Below, piece after piece: positions 31,011 through 43,700 of a DNA stretch of 59,843 nt. Position 1 is the first letter of the stretch. Each line of letters begins with the position of its first letter. A model generated the notes under the pieces. That model was not told where the DNA came from. It searched no databases and was given only the letters and a program-made list of their open reading frames with translations. A program made the position numbers and the translations under genes. Source of the stretch: Guillardia theta CCMP2712 (taxonomy: Eukaryota > Protista > Cryptophyta); assembly GCF_000315625.1 (NCBI RefSeq), contig NW_005434514.1, positions 1-59,843 of the forward strand, written 5' to 3'.

Positions 31011-31704
31011 ACGTCGGCTGGGGGTAGCGCGCGCTCCTCTAGACCAGAAGTGAGCAAGGGGCTGCCTAGCTCGAGACTGCTTGTCTCATGACAGAGGGAG
31101 GCGGCTAGGGGAGGTCAGCGCCACGAGCAGCCACCTTTCTCTCCCATCTCTCTATGCTTGATAGCTTTCGACGAGCTACATCTTACAATCATCTCGCCTC
31201 CTTGCCCTTGCTGCCCTCCTTCTCCTTGCCCTCCTTGTCTCTCGACGGCACGACGGTCCTCAGCGATGCCATCTTCTCAGACATTGCTGAGCGGAAAGAC
31301 GTGGCGATGTCTGTGAGCTCAGCAGGAGGAGGAGGAGGGTCACTCACACCAGTCGACAACCCACACATCCTGACAAGCTCCGGCAGCTTGTCCCTGCTCT
31401 CTCGTCAGCCATCTTGCTTCTTCTCGCCACTCTTCTGTATCGTACGAGCAGATACAAGAGAAGGATGAGAGAGTCAGTCCTCCGTCAGCTGGGCTTGAGC
31501 GCCTTGTGGTAGCCATCGTTTCGGGCTTTGCTCGCAGTCATGACCCAACAACCGCTCCCTGGAGGTTCTAGCGACTGATAGACGACTTTACATACAATCA
31601 ATCATTAGATACCAACACAACGAAAGATATCTACATGCGCGACAAGCACAAAGACTCCATTTGCGATCGGTTTCTTCATGCAGAGACTAATGGACTCATG
31701 CGAT

Positions 31705-31785
31705 AGTAGTAGTAGTCAAGTTTGTTAGAAGTCTACATCTCACGCTTGGCAGAGCGGCCCATTTTCGATAGCCTGTTGTGGCATC
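31705..31785 (-). mobile_element. 81-bp retroposed fragment with (CTA)4 tail and 10-bp target-site duplication
   Basis: CTCATGCGAT occurs at 31695-31704 and 31786-31795. The 3' end resembles elements B and C. Confidence 0.75.
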
Positions 31786-31795
31786 CTCATGCGAT

Positions 31796-32596
31796 TTATC
31801 CTTGCAGAGGAGGTCCGAGCGCGTGTGTGGCTGCTGACCTACACCAGTCTTGTATCATGTCTGCTAAGCTCATCTCCTCCTCCTCCTCCTCCTCCTCCGA
31901 GCACATCTCCATCCCCGTGCTCTCCCTCTTCCTTTTTCCCACGTCGCTTTCCTCCTCGTCCACGTCGTCCTGCACAGCGTCAGCACCTTCCATCAGCGTG
32001 TAGGTCCGAGCTCTCACCTCAGCCAGTGGTCTTTCCGTTTCCATCCTCTCCTGGAAGGCGGCATACAAGTGCTGTACCCCGAGTACGCGGCTCGCCCACT
32101 GTTGTCCTGTCATGCCGTACGAGACCAGCACACTCGGCGTTTCTCACCGCAAGGTATGGCTTCGCTACTAGCCCCTCGTCGTTGGTAAGCACGTCTTCAA
32201 GGATACTCGAGAGATGGTCGCTCCTGTCGGTCTTGCCTCCTCTTGCCTCCTGCGCAAGCGTCTCTTGCAAGTCCTGACCGGTGCGTTAGGACTCCTGCCA
32301 CCCGGACTCCCACGGGTCACCTTGCTGAAGCTTCCAATCTCCGAGAACACCATCCTCATTTCTCCTTGCTTGGCCGCCTTGCCCTGTCTGTACTTGTACG
32401 CCACCTCCCTCACCGCATGAAATCGAAAGTCTTCCGCATCCAGCGTTCTCTTGACGAGGCTGCCTTCTGGGACAAGGCTGGGGGGCATGAGGAGGAGCTC
32501 AGTCGGCATGGAAGCAAGGTTCTGTTTGGGTTTTGCCTGCAGTCGCTTTGACTCCGTGGATGAGATTCCAAACGGTGAGTTATTGTTGATGTTCAT
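31796..32596 (-). CDS. Hypothetical protein (about 3 exons)
   Basis: Three overlapping protein-like ORFs (32168-32596, 32019-32270, 31796-32131) that appear to be exons. No recognisable domain. Confidence 0.5.
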
Positions 32597-33223
32597 TGGT
32601 CATCAGGTGGAAAGGATGTGGCGGTGCAAACTACGTCAAGAGGTCGCAATATGGAAGGGGTCGCTTAAATCCGTACCATGTCAGGGTCAAGATAGGTGCA
32701 ATCGTGCAGTGAAACCGTGACGCCTGCCACCCTCTCCTTGTAAGCGATAAGTCTCATTACCTACCACCCCTCTCCTGCCCTTTCTTGTACCCCATCTGGC
32801 TACTTGTTTGACTGTGAAGGGATCGACTCCACCCCCACCCACTCCAATGAGGATTCCGAAAAGACTCGCTTTGGTACCTCTCACGCAAAGACGCGTAACA
32901 ACACCCTCACCCGCTCACTAGACTCCAAAGAACCCTACCCCAAAGAACTTTCGAAACAACCCCACCTGTCGAATAACCACCAGAAACACAACGTTTGTGA
33001 GTTGACCACTCTAAGTGAGATTCGAAACAAGAACATTTCAAGATGCTCAGAGAACGTCACTGATCTGCTGAGATCTCTCGACACGGTGAAGCAGTGATGC
33101 AGCCTGATCAATCAATAGGATAGAACACAAATAATGAGCAAAAAGAGAGAATCAAGAAACAAAACATTTCATATTGACCTGTTATGCAGTCTCGCCTCTA
33201 ATCGTGTTAGCAGACCCATCCAA

Positions 33224-35188
33224 ATGAGATACGAGGAGCCCGAAATAGCTGTCAAGTACACCTACGACCAACTACAGGACAAGTGGAAACGCGAAAAAGT
33301 CCAGGTACTCCCATTGCAGCTGCCCCCGTCAACCTCCTTCAAGCGTGTGAGAGTGCTCGGTAGGTTACCCTCGCACATAGTCCCTTAATCCAAGGAAGGA
33401 TGATGGTTTGCTACAAGGTGAGAGGTCCCTTGCATTGACCCAAGGCTTCTGATATCACTTGATGTCATCCTAGATGGTACAAGTCTCTCCGCCCATCGAA
33501 GGAGTTCTGGTAACTCGTCTCAATCCCATGTGAGCACGTGCCGGATCAACCGCTCACCGACGTGTACAAGGTTGCAAAGATGTTCACCAAGCAAGTCAAA
33601 CCCGAGATCTACTTCGAGGAAGCCATGGTGACATGCGTCCTTGCCTCTGGTGCGACAGGCTGAGTCCCGTGCAAGACCCAGATGCTTGCGGACAGCTACG
33701 CTCTTGAGTTCAACAAGAGAAGCAGGAAGAGGAAAGTCTGCTTCCTACCTGTCAGTGTCTACCAATTGCGAGAGAGGTGACATAGTCGCCCACGTGACGC
33801 TCGATGCTGACGCTTGTCGATCCGATGCCAGAGGAGGTCAGTTAGTGAATGTCGAGCCGTTTCTGAAAGGCGACTACATCAAGCATAACGACAATGTAGT
33901 CCGGGCATGCCGTGTGCAACCATGACGTTGTGCTTGTCAGGATGGAAACGTTGAGACAGGGGATGAGTTACCACAGGCCTTCAGCCACTTCTCGTGAGGG
34001 TGAGGAGGGTTGGTAGCTCCGCTGATCCAGTCGCAAGATGGGAAGCGAGCAACGGTCAGCTGCTGATCGTCGACATCCAAGGTGGGTCTCTTAGGGTGTC
34101 ATGTCCGACGGTGATCCGTCTTGTCAGGGGTGGCAAACTTCTACACCGACCCGCAAGTGGGGTGAGCGGGTCCGAGTAGGTTTACATTGACAGAGGGGTT
34201 TGTCAGATCCATAGTCAGGACGGCCAGAGCTTTGGGCAGGTCCGTGCATGTCGCATGCTGCACTCAGTTGACTGTCGTGCAGGGCAACTTGGGCATGAAG
34301 GGGATAGAGAGGTCTTGTATCCTACTCCCCTTGCCAGGACAGGTCTTGACGCTTCTTGACAGCTTCTTGAGTACACACACGTGCAACAGTATATGCCGCT
34401 CGTTGCGGCTTCCACAGGTCAGCAGCTGCTTCAGCAAGCCACTGCCGTATCAGCGGCGCTCATGACTCGCTTGCTCCAGTATCAATTCGGCCGATGCGTC
34501 GAGGAGGTCGAGGAACAGCAGCTGCACAAGCAAGCCCTGGTAGACGACGACCGCAGGAGTCAGTCGCCGTTGAGATGGAACTCAGGTGGGCAGCAGGACG
34601 TTGGTTGGTTGACAGTCGCTGACATTGCGATGCTAAGGCAACGCCTACGGGAGAGGGCTTGAGCGTGCAGTGTCGTCCATCACCTCGGACGACTCTCCTC
34701 CGAAAGACCGACGGGTCAGGAGGCCTCGCGATCGTCCTCGCACAGCGTTGACGCTGCTGGACAGGTCCGAGAACGACCTGCTTCAGGGTACTCACTCAAT
34801 GACGAGCTCGACCCGGGATGTAAACCACCGACGGTCGGGCCCGTGCGCGTCTGATGCGGATGCTCGGTGACGCAGCTTGCAGGGTCTCTCAATGCACAAG
34901 CCGATAGCCAAGATCGTGCGGAGAAAGAAGAAGCTGCTTGGCCTCTGCCACATCCATGATGAGGGGCCGGCAGTCAGCTCCTTCGAGTTCCAGGGCCTCA
35001 GGCTGAGCAACGTGAGCACGCGGCCCTCTCCCTCTCTTTCTCATGTCTGTCTGCAGGAGGAGCCAGCCGAAGCTCCTTCGAGCGCCTCGACGAGGAACTA
35101 CAGCACCAGCAAGAAGGCCCCCTCAGCTCATCGGTCAAAGAGAGACACCTCTCCCGTCTGGCGAGGCAACAGCGAGCATGACTGGTAG
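33224..35188 (+). CDS. Alpha-kinase (eEF2K/MHCK family), copy 2, with altered Gly-rich loop
   Basis: Near-identical duplicate of copy 1 at offset 4178. The loop reads PLIQGRMMVCY. Confidence 0.85.
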
Positions 35189-35366
35189 ACGTCAGCTGGG
35201 GGTAGCGCGCGCTCCTCTAGACCAGAAGTGAGCAAGGGGCTGCCTAGCTCGAGACTGCTTGTCTCATGACAGAGGGAGGCGGCTAGTGGAGGTCAGCGAC
35301 ACGAGCAGCCACCTTGCTCTCCCATCTCTCTATGCTTGATAGCTTTCGACGAGCTACATCTTACAA

Positions 35367-38300
35367 TCATCTCGCCTCCTTGCCCTTGCTGCCCTCCTTC
35401 TCCTTGCCCTCCTTGTCTCTCGACGGCACGACGGTCCTCAGCGATGCCATCTTCTCAGACATTGCTGAGCGGAAAGACGTGGCGATGTCTGTGAGCTCAG
35501 CAGGAGGAGGAGGAGGGTCACTCACACCAGTCGACAACCCGCACATCCTGACAAGCTCCGGCAGCTTGTCCCTGCTCTCTCGTCAGCCACCTGCCCTCCC
35601 CACCTATCTTGCTCTCCTCCGCTTTAGCTCTCACCTGTAGTCCCAGTGACCCATCACAGCTCCTGTGAGGTCAAGGTTTTCAAGAGCAGGATGCAGCTCC
35701 TTCCCCTCCACCGGCTGGATCGCCTGGAGTCCAGCTACCGTCCTCAGCAGCTGCACCATCGTCAGCAGTAGATTATTTCGAGCTGTCCACTACCTGTCCA
35801 GCCCTGTAGATAAAACCGAGCACCCAGTCATTCTGACAGAAGCCATTGACGAGTCGGTGGCCGCAAACTGACGCTGCCGTCTCCCAATCCTTCAGCCCAA
35901 GGTCAGCTGAAAAGAGCTGGGAAGCTAAGCAATGACCTGAGGGTTGGAGGTGTCGGGGGTTCCCAAGCAGATAGCTGTCTCGACGATGCCGCGGCCTTGA
36001 GCTCCATTTTTTGCGAGGTGTAGAAGACATCTGACGAGATCGAAGTCACAAAGTAGATCAAGCAAAGAAAGGGCATGGTAGTGAGAAAGAAAGAGGTGCA
36101 AAGAAAGAGTCGCACTTGAAGATCAGCCTTGCACCCATCCCGAAGCCAACCAGCGTGATCGGACGATAGCCATGTGCTCTCTTCATCAGCGTATTCGCTA
36201 ACATCTCTCCTGCCTGAGAAGCGTCAGCTTGTAGCTGGGGAGCAGCTGAGTTGGATCACCTGGTCTGCTCGGATCTGCACCATAGCCCACGTGTTGTCAA
36301 TCCAACCCGACCAGCTGATGAGCTTGCGGGGCCACGTGAGGGAAGCGAAGGCTGCGCCCAGCACCAGGTCGCCTGCTGTTTGTACAGCCCAGGACTTCAC
36401 CTGCTCGGGTGTGTGAGATTGAAGAGTAGAGACCCGAGAAGGAAAGGGGGCGGAAGGAAAGGGGGGCGGGGGGCGGACGGGCGGACAGAGGGAAAGGCAG
36501 CAAGAGCAGGACCTCTGACTTGAGGTAGTTCTGCATGATGTTTCCCAGGTTGAGCTGTTCCTTCGTCTCCCACCGCAGGGCTAGGGCATCACCTCCGTCA
36601 CTGACGTTTTTACAGAGCGCCTCATCCCACGCCTTCCAAGGGTTGTCCTCCGAGTTGTTCAGCCACCCTGTCACCCCAACCACGATCGGCAGCCCCGGGC
36701 TGACATCCACGATGTCAAACTCGAACTCCTTCACCTCCCCGATCCTTCGCGCCACCTTGGAGCCCACCAGCCCAGCTCCGTATCCACCAAAACTCACCCC
36801 CACCACAGCTGAGATCCCTGACACCGTCCCTGCGCTCAGCGCCACGTGAAGGGCTCCTACCCCCACCGTCGTCCCCGCCATCCCCAGACCAGCGACCAGC
36901 GCAGGGACGGCGAGGCCGCCGGAGAGGCCGATGATGGCGCCTCCCACCACTGCTCCTCCTCCTACGATGGCCCACTGGCGCAACCTGCTGGTTCCTCCTG
37001 CTGTCTCCTTCTCCTTGTCCGCCGCGAGCTTCTGGTTCTTGGACGCCTGCAGGACCCTTTTGATGATCTCCTCGAAGAATGCCACCTCCGCCGACGCTAC
37101 CCACTTCCATGGCACCTTCAGCTCTTTGCACAGACGTCGCAGCATGCCGCGTCCTCGAGCGTCGTACCTCGCTGTCCCCACAGTCGTCGCCAGCGCCAAC
37201 CAGCAGACCGTCCACCTCAAGTCCGGCGAGTTCACCACGTCCTCGCTCACCGCAAGGTCCCTTGCACAGATTGGGCCAGCCACAGGAGCATCCTCGCCAG
37301 CGACCTTAGCGGTAGCAGAAACAGAAGCGGAAGCAGAAGCAGAAGCAGCTGCAGAAGCAGAAGCAGCTGCAGAAGCAGAAGCAGCTGCAGAAGCAGAAGC
37401 AGAAGCAGAAGCAGAAGCAGAAGCAGAAGCAGAAGCAGAAGCAGAAGCAGCAGGCTCTTCCATTTGACCTCCCAGTCCCTCTTTGACTGGCTGAGCTGGG
37501 CAAGACAATTCATCCTCCTGCAAGACCCAGGGCTCCTCCACTCGCTCCGCGGCAACTTGGCCTCCTGCTTGAAACTTCACTTCCTCCGCGTTTCCTCTCG
37601 TGTCGACAGTCTCGTCGGCGTCTTGGAATCTCTCAGGACGAGGAGAAGAAGGAGGTTTAGGTTGTTGGTCTAGGTCTGAGACTTGTCCCAGACTCTTAGA
37701 CTCAGCCTCATCGCTGCTTCCGATACCCTCACTGTCCTCTTCTTGCCTCCACCCATGCTCCTTCTGTTCTTCATCATTACCATGCTCCTGGTCCTGGTCC
37801 TGGTCCTGGTCCTGGTCCTGGTCCTGGTCCTGGTCCTGGTCCTGGTCCTGGTCCTGGTCCTGGTCCTGGTCCTGGTCCTGGTCCTGGTCCTGGTCCTGCT
37901 CCTCATTCGACATTATCCGACATTGTGCTTCTGTCTATTCATCAGCGTTCTTTCAACCAAAGTCAAGAAAAATAATCACCATCATCTCTTTGAGCTCCTT
38001 CGATGTCTTCCTCCACTGCCTTGCTTGTCGCTTTGCCCACAGTCTCATTGTCATCGACTGCTACCTCGATTATCTTCTTGTTGGCAGCTTCAATTCTTTC
38101 TGCTCAGACGTTCAAAGAGCAGAACAGAAGAAAAAACAGACGGAGACAAAGGAAAAGACCTTGAAGGTAGGATGACAAGTTCTCAATGTTCATGTCGAAA
38201 CTGCTCATAGCAATGACGGAGTTTCTTCGCTCCTTTGACACTCGAAACCTCTGACAGAGCTGGAGGCTGAACCCCTCAATCCACTCCTCATCCTCGTCCT

Positions 38301-38780
38301 TCTCCTTGCTGCCTTCCCCTCCCTTCCCCTCATTCTTCAACTTCTCCTCTCCACTTTTCAACGGGCCCATCCATTTGCTCCCGTAGCCCAGGCTCGGCAA
38401 CCAGGAGCTCTTGGAAGAGCGTTTCGCGTCTTCATCCTTTACCTTGGCCAGCCTGCCTTGTCTGAGCAGGGCACAACACAAAGAGGCAGAGAGAAGGCGA
38501 AGCTCATCGTCCATGTCGATCTCCATGTCAAACATCTCTTGCTGCGTAAGCTTCTGAGGCAGCTCCACTTCCGGCAGCTCCGTCTCAGAGGAGCTGGCAG
38601 CGTCAGAGGGTGACATGCTCTCCTTGACTTGGTTCAGACCTCCCTCGCAGGAATGCATCGCCTTGCAGGCTACAGCAAGTCAGTGGGGTAAGACCATGCC
38701 TGACACTTGCCCCTCGCCCCCTTTTTTCCTCTCCTCTTCTCTCCCCTCTTGCAGTCCCCATCGATTCCTCGTTCCCATGC
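35367..38780 (-). CDS. DUF726 / TMCO4-like membrane alpha/beta-hydrolase-fold protein (multi-exon; start approximate)
   Basis: YDARGR, GGAIIGLSGGLAVP, VKEFEF, WETKE, RPITLVGFGMGARLIF, VNGFCQNDWVLGFIYR, GHWDYRDKLPEL. It contains (QD)n and (AS)n coding microsatellites. Confidence 0.85.
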
Positions 38781-38873
38781 ATACCTATAGCCGCTGCCTT
38801 GTTTACATCTAGCTTCTCTCCTTCTTTCGCTGCTCCTGTCTGTCGGATTCCTGTGAACCAGTCAGGATCCTGT

Positions 38874-39878
38874 TCAAGCGTCCTGACGACCCCCCCCAAC
38901 CCTCAAGCCTCCTCCTCTACTGACCGTAGATGGAGGGGGCTACCTTAGACGATGTTCCCTTCCTCCGACTGCCGCACAAGTCAACACCGGCATGCGCGGG
39001 AGAGGCCAGGGCTACCTGACACGTTCAGAGGGAGGGATGGGAGGAAGGTTGGAGATAGTGTTCTGAAACTTGATGACATTCTCCAAGTGATTCTGCTTGA
39101 TCGGAGTTATGCGGACAAGAAAGATCTGCACAGACATCAGATAACAGGACAACGAGCCTGAAGGACCTCCCATCACCTCCTGCTCTCCTCCTTCTCTTAG
39201 GATCTTCAGCTTCACCCGCGAGAACTCTCGTCCTTTCAGCATCTCAGCTGCGCATGCGACCGTCTTCTTCGGCAGAGGCTTCTCATCGATCTCTATGATC
39301 GCATCTCCGATGCCAATGGGAGGCATCCCGCCTGCCTGCTGCTGCGACGCCAGCCATGCCGCCCCTCCCTCTATGATCTCTGACACGCTGACGTTCCCCG
39401 CGTCGTTGAGCTTCAGCACCACCCCGAGCTCGAGCACGTTGGCGTATCCTAGGGCAGGCAGTTTTGTGAAGTCAGTCTTGGAGGAGAAGGGAGAAATCTC
39501 CTTGAGCTTCGACCAGTTCCACTCCTTGTCGTCCAATGGCCCCTGCCGGACCAGCCGAGTCGTGGCTGCAAACTTGCCATCCTTGTCTCTCACCTCCAGC
39601 CATATGGGTGCTCCTGCCTCCCCTTCCGTCAGAGACTGCAGAGACTCGCCGTCCGAGCTCCCTCTGTCCAGCTGCTTCCCATCGATCTTAGTGATAAAAT
39701 CCCCCACCGCCAGCTGCCCGCTGATTGCAGCTGGGCCAAGTAGGGCTATCCTTGCGACAAACACGGAGCCATCGTTCACGTCAATAGAGAGATCGCATCC
39801 GAACGATCCTCCAGGTCGACTCTTCTTGTCTTCAGATTTGTTGAATGGGTTCCAAGCGTTCCATGGGAGGGTAGACAT
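38874..39878 (-). CDS. Tandem PDZ-domain protein
   Basis: SFGCDL...GPAAISGQLAVGDFITKIDG and LGVVL...GGAA...IGIGDAIIEID. Confidence 0.8.
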
Positions 39879-40767
39879 GGTCTCATCAAAACTGCAGTGT
39901 GAAATGAGTATACGGTAGCAGACAATCTACGGGAAAACAAGAACTAGTTCGACTATGAAGAGAAAACGTTGTGGCAATAGTTCTGCATCTTTGAATGCAA
40001 CAGTTTTCATCACTCCTGTTCAGATCATCTTGAAACTCAGCTTCGCTAAACAACTTTGCGCTGGAGGATCTAAGCAAGACGAGTGTCTCGAGTCACGCTT
40101 GTTGTATCATCCTTGGACGTCTGCTGAGCCCACTCCTCATATTCACATTTCTAAACTGAATCTCTCCTCCTCTCCTCTCCTCTCCTCTCCTCTCTCTCAC
40201 GATTCTCCTCGCCTTCCTCCTCCCTTGCAATTCAGCATGTCGCGCAATAAAAATGTTTTCGATTTTGGAATTCTCATGTGGACAGCATCCTCGATCAAAA
40301 GTAATGTATTTTAAGGGTAGGGTACTCATGGTACCGGGTATATTGAGTACAAATTGAGGTTCTTAGTACCGGTGATTTGACAACTGAGAGGGTAGAGGGT
40401 CCTGATGGATGTTTTGGAGGAATAACTAAAACATTTTAAAATTGATTGTGGTCTAAAAATAGAAAGTTCATCGTTGCGGCCGGTCATGGCCGGCGAGCGG
40501 AAAAGGAGGAAGGAAGGGGAGGGGGAGGGGGAGGGGGAGGGCAAATATGTCAAGAGGGGTCGGGGTGACTTCGCGATGAGACAGAAGGAAGAGGGAGAGA
40601 GAAGAGAGGAAAGGGCTGACTCAGCGAGTAAACAAGGAATAGGAGGAACAATAAGCGAAGGGGCTGGGACTGTCGGGGATCGACTGGTGTCCGCCCGGTC
40701 ATTCTTCAAGAGGCATGAGGCCTCAATCCTTGCCCTTCGCCCTCCTGTCTCTTCAACACGTCCTTCC

Positions 40768-43700
40768 ATGGGGTGGGCTGCTGCAAGGATGAAACTGGCG
40801 GAAGAAGCAGCAGGATGGCTGAAGGGGAAGGAGGTCTGCCATTCGCTAATGCGGGAGCAGCGATTCGCTCCTTTGATCCTGAAGGTGCTCACGTGCATGG
40901 GAGCGCAGGAGGAGCTTTGTGGTGTGCTGGGGTGTGTGATGGAGGGGATGGCTGGATTGGCCCATCATCCCACTGGTGTAGAGGTCCTCGTGGGCTGCTT
41001 CCAGCTCGTTTCCAGCAGGATCAAGTCCGGCAAGGTTGCAACGTCTCCATACGCACCCGTAGTCGAGCAGGTGCGGCAGGTAGTGGCGGGGGAGGAATGG
41101 CGGGGGCTGCTCTCAGAGCGACGGGCGCTTCGAGTTGCATGCGCAATGCTGGAGCTCTCGTGCAGTCTACGTGGTAGTGGCGAGTGCAAGGTAGCAGAGG
41201 CAGGATCGCGCGAAAGGATCAGCCGAAGCCTTGAGAGTTTGTTCGAGGAGATATGCAGACGAACGCTGGAATGTCTGAATGGTGGCTTGCTAGAACATGC
41301 TGACGATGATGTTGGATCTCTCTTTCTTCGGCCTCTCCTCTCCGCCATGACATCAGGACAGCAAGATGGTTGGCAAGATAAGTATGTAGAGAATCTTCTA
41401 GCTGTCAAGGCAGACGCCAACGGTGAAGACGTTTCAGAAGGTACTTACAAGGCCCTTCACAAGCTGCTCTCAACGGCTGCGGGAAAGAGTCTAGTGAAAG
41501 ACTTGATGATGGTCTGCTGCAAGGACGGTTCTCGTGCAGCCATGTTCAAGCAGATCTTCAGATTTTGCCTGCAACAGGTGGAGGAGGCTCACACTGACCA
41601 GATAAGGCACCCGGAGATGGCTTCTGTCTCTCCTTCTAATCAGGAGGAGGAAGGCGTCTCTTGCAGTGCGATCAAGGTCTCGTTCTTCCTGCTCTGCGAG
41701 GGACAGTGCAAGGCCGCAAGCTTCAAGCCAGACAAAGACGACTCGCAATGGTTCTCCTCACCTCTTGCCCAGTTCTTGTATGAAAGTCTGACAGGTGGGG
41801 TCGTAGAGACGCTCTGTGCCGCTCTGTTGCTGCGTCAATGTGGCGGGAGGAAGCAAGGTACACGGTGGAACGAGGAGAGGGAGCAGGAAAAGAGAAGAGA
41901 CAGCTTGTCTGAGAAGAAGAAGGGTGGGGAAGGGACAGTTTGGTTGGGAAGAGGAAGAAAACATGAAGGCGAGCGGAAATGGAAAGTAAAACGAAGGGTG
42001 GGCAAGACAGGAAGGAGAAGGAGGAGGAAAGGCAGAAGGGCTGTAGAGGGTGACGTAGTTTTCAGGGGATGGGAGCACACACAAGAGTGTGTGTTGCTCT
42101 TCGACGATATGGGCGCCTTAAGGATCGGGAAAGAGGTCACGAGGAAGATCAGAGTGAGTGGAGAGAGGAGGAGACTGAGGCTGAAGTCTTTTGCTCAGGT
42201 GCCGACGGAGCGAAGGCTCTTGTCGATGATGCGCGATGCTTGTCTGGGAGCGAATGAGTAAGGGAAGAGGAGGAGCTGGAGGGCGAAGGAGATGAAGTGG
42301 CTCGTTTCAGGACGGATGGCCTGCAGTACTACAAGGGAGTCGGCGATGACAAGTTTGAGGTACTCAAAGATGATACGGACAGACTAAGGAAAAGATTTCG
42401 AAAGTTGTTGGGGAGGTGTTCAGAGGTGCGTGCTGAGAGAACACTTTTGCAAGAGACAAGCAGAGGCTGATCATGGCTCAGGATACTTGTGTTGTGTTGT
42501 TACACGAAGACTATCCGCATGAGCTACCAGTGTTCGGCCAGACAAACGTCGACAACAAGTTTAGACACGTCATCTTTGTCCTAGGAACTGTCCGGGACAT
42601 GACGGTGAACGAGCAGGTGAGCAACAGAACTTGCGTTTCTTGCTTGTGAGCAACAGAACTTGTGTTCCTTGCTTTCTCACTGTCTGCCAGAAAGCCCTTG
42701 CGGCTGCGGTCGAAGAGAAGTCGATCACTGTCCTCGGATGCAATCTTGGGCGATCAGGTCCACTTGCGGTGCTGCTTGACGCTTTGATGACGTGGCAGTA
42801 CCCCAGCGGAGTTCACCTCCAAGGTTCTGTTTGCTCTCAACTGCCATGCTGTCAATGGAAGGTTTGGCTCGACGTGGAGGAGTTGATGGTAGTGACTTCA
42901 GCATCTTAAGGCTATCTCCCGCCATCCATCAGCTGTTTCTCCTGTCAAGAGGAAAGTTTGACATCGCGAAGCTCGAGCCAGTCTACTTGAAGAACTCCAA
43001 GGATGTCAAGACTGACGAGGGAGAATGCCGAACAGAAAGAGATTCTGGTCAAGCGAGCAGGAGACTTCACTTTGCTGTCTTCTTGGGTCTATCGGCGTGC
43101 GAAGTCTCTTCGTCTTCTGCATCAAGGGATTCGATGTATGCTCTAAGTCAGGTAGAGAACTCTTTGTTCTCGCTGACCATAACATGGATACTCTGCTCCT
43201 ACTCGTACCTTCCCCTTTATCCCCCTCCCCTTCCCCGCCCTCCCCGCTCCTATCCACTAGTCCTCTATTCCTTGTCTTCTTCTCTCTCTTTTCCCACTTC
43301 TCCTGAATGATTGGAAATTTCATTCTCTCAACCTCGTCTTTGATCTTCATGATGACAATCCTGATAGTTCAACATGCATCAATGATCAGACCTGCATCAA
43401 TGCATCTTGTTGTCAGTCCTTTGTTGTAGACCATTATTGTTTGTTGCTTTCTTTGATTTCAAACAGATCATTGTGTGCGGATTGTGGAGATCGAATCTTG
43501 GAGAGCTAATGGAAAGGAAATCGAGGCTCACAGGGTATTCCTGTCTTGTATCGATCGTCTTTGCCTGTGGAACAATTTTCACAGCAGGCAATTGATTTTT
43601 CCAACACTTGTCGTCCACTGCTCTTCCTTCGCTTCTCGCTTGCCTCCTAACTCTCCTTTCCTCCTGCTCCTCGTTCGATTCGCTTATCCTTCTTCTCCTC

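Noticed and set aside
29186-34957. Diversity-generating retroelement explanation for the kinase patches
   Set aside because: Substitutions are not adenine-specific on either strand, and there is no template repeat or DGR-type RT.
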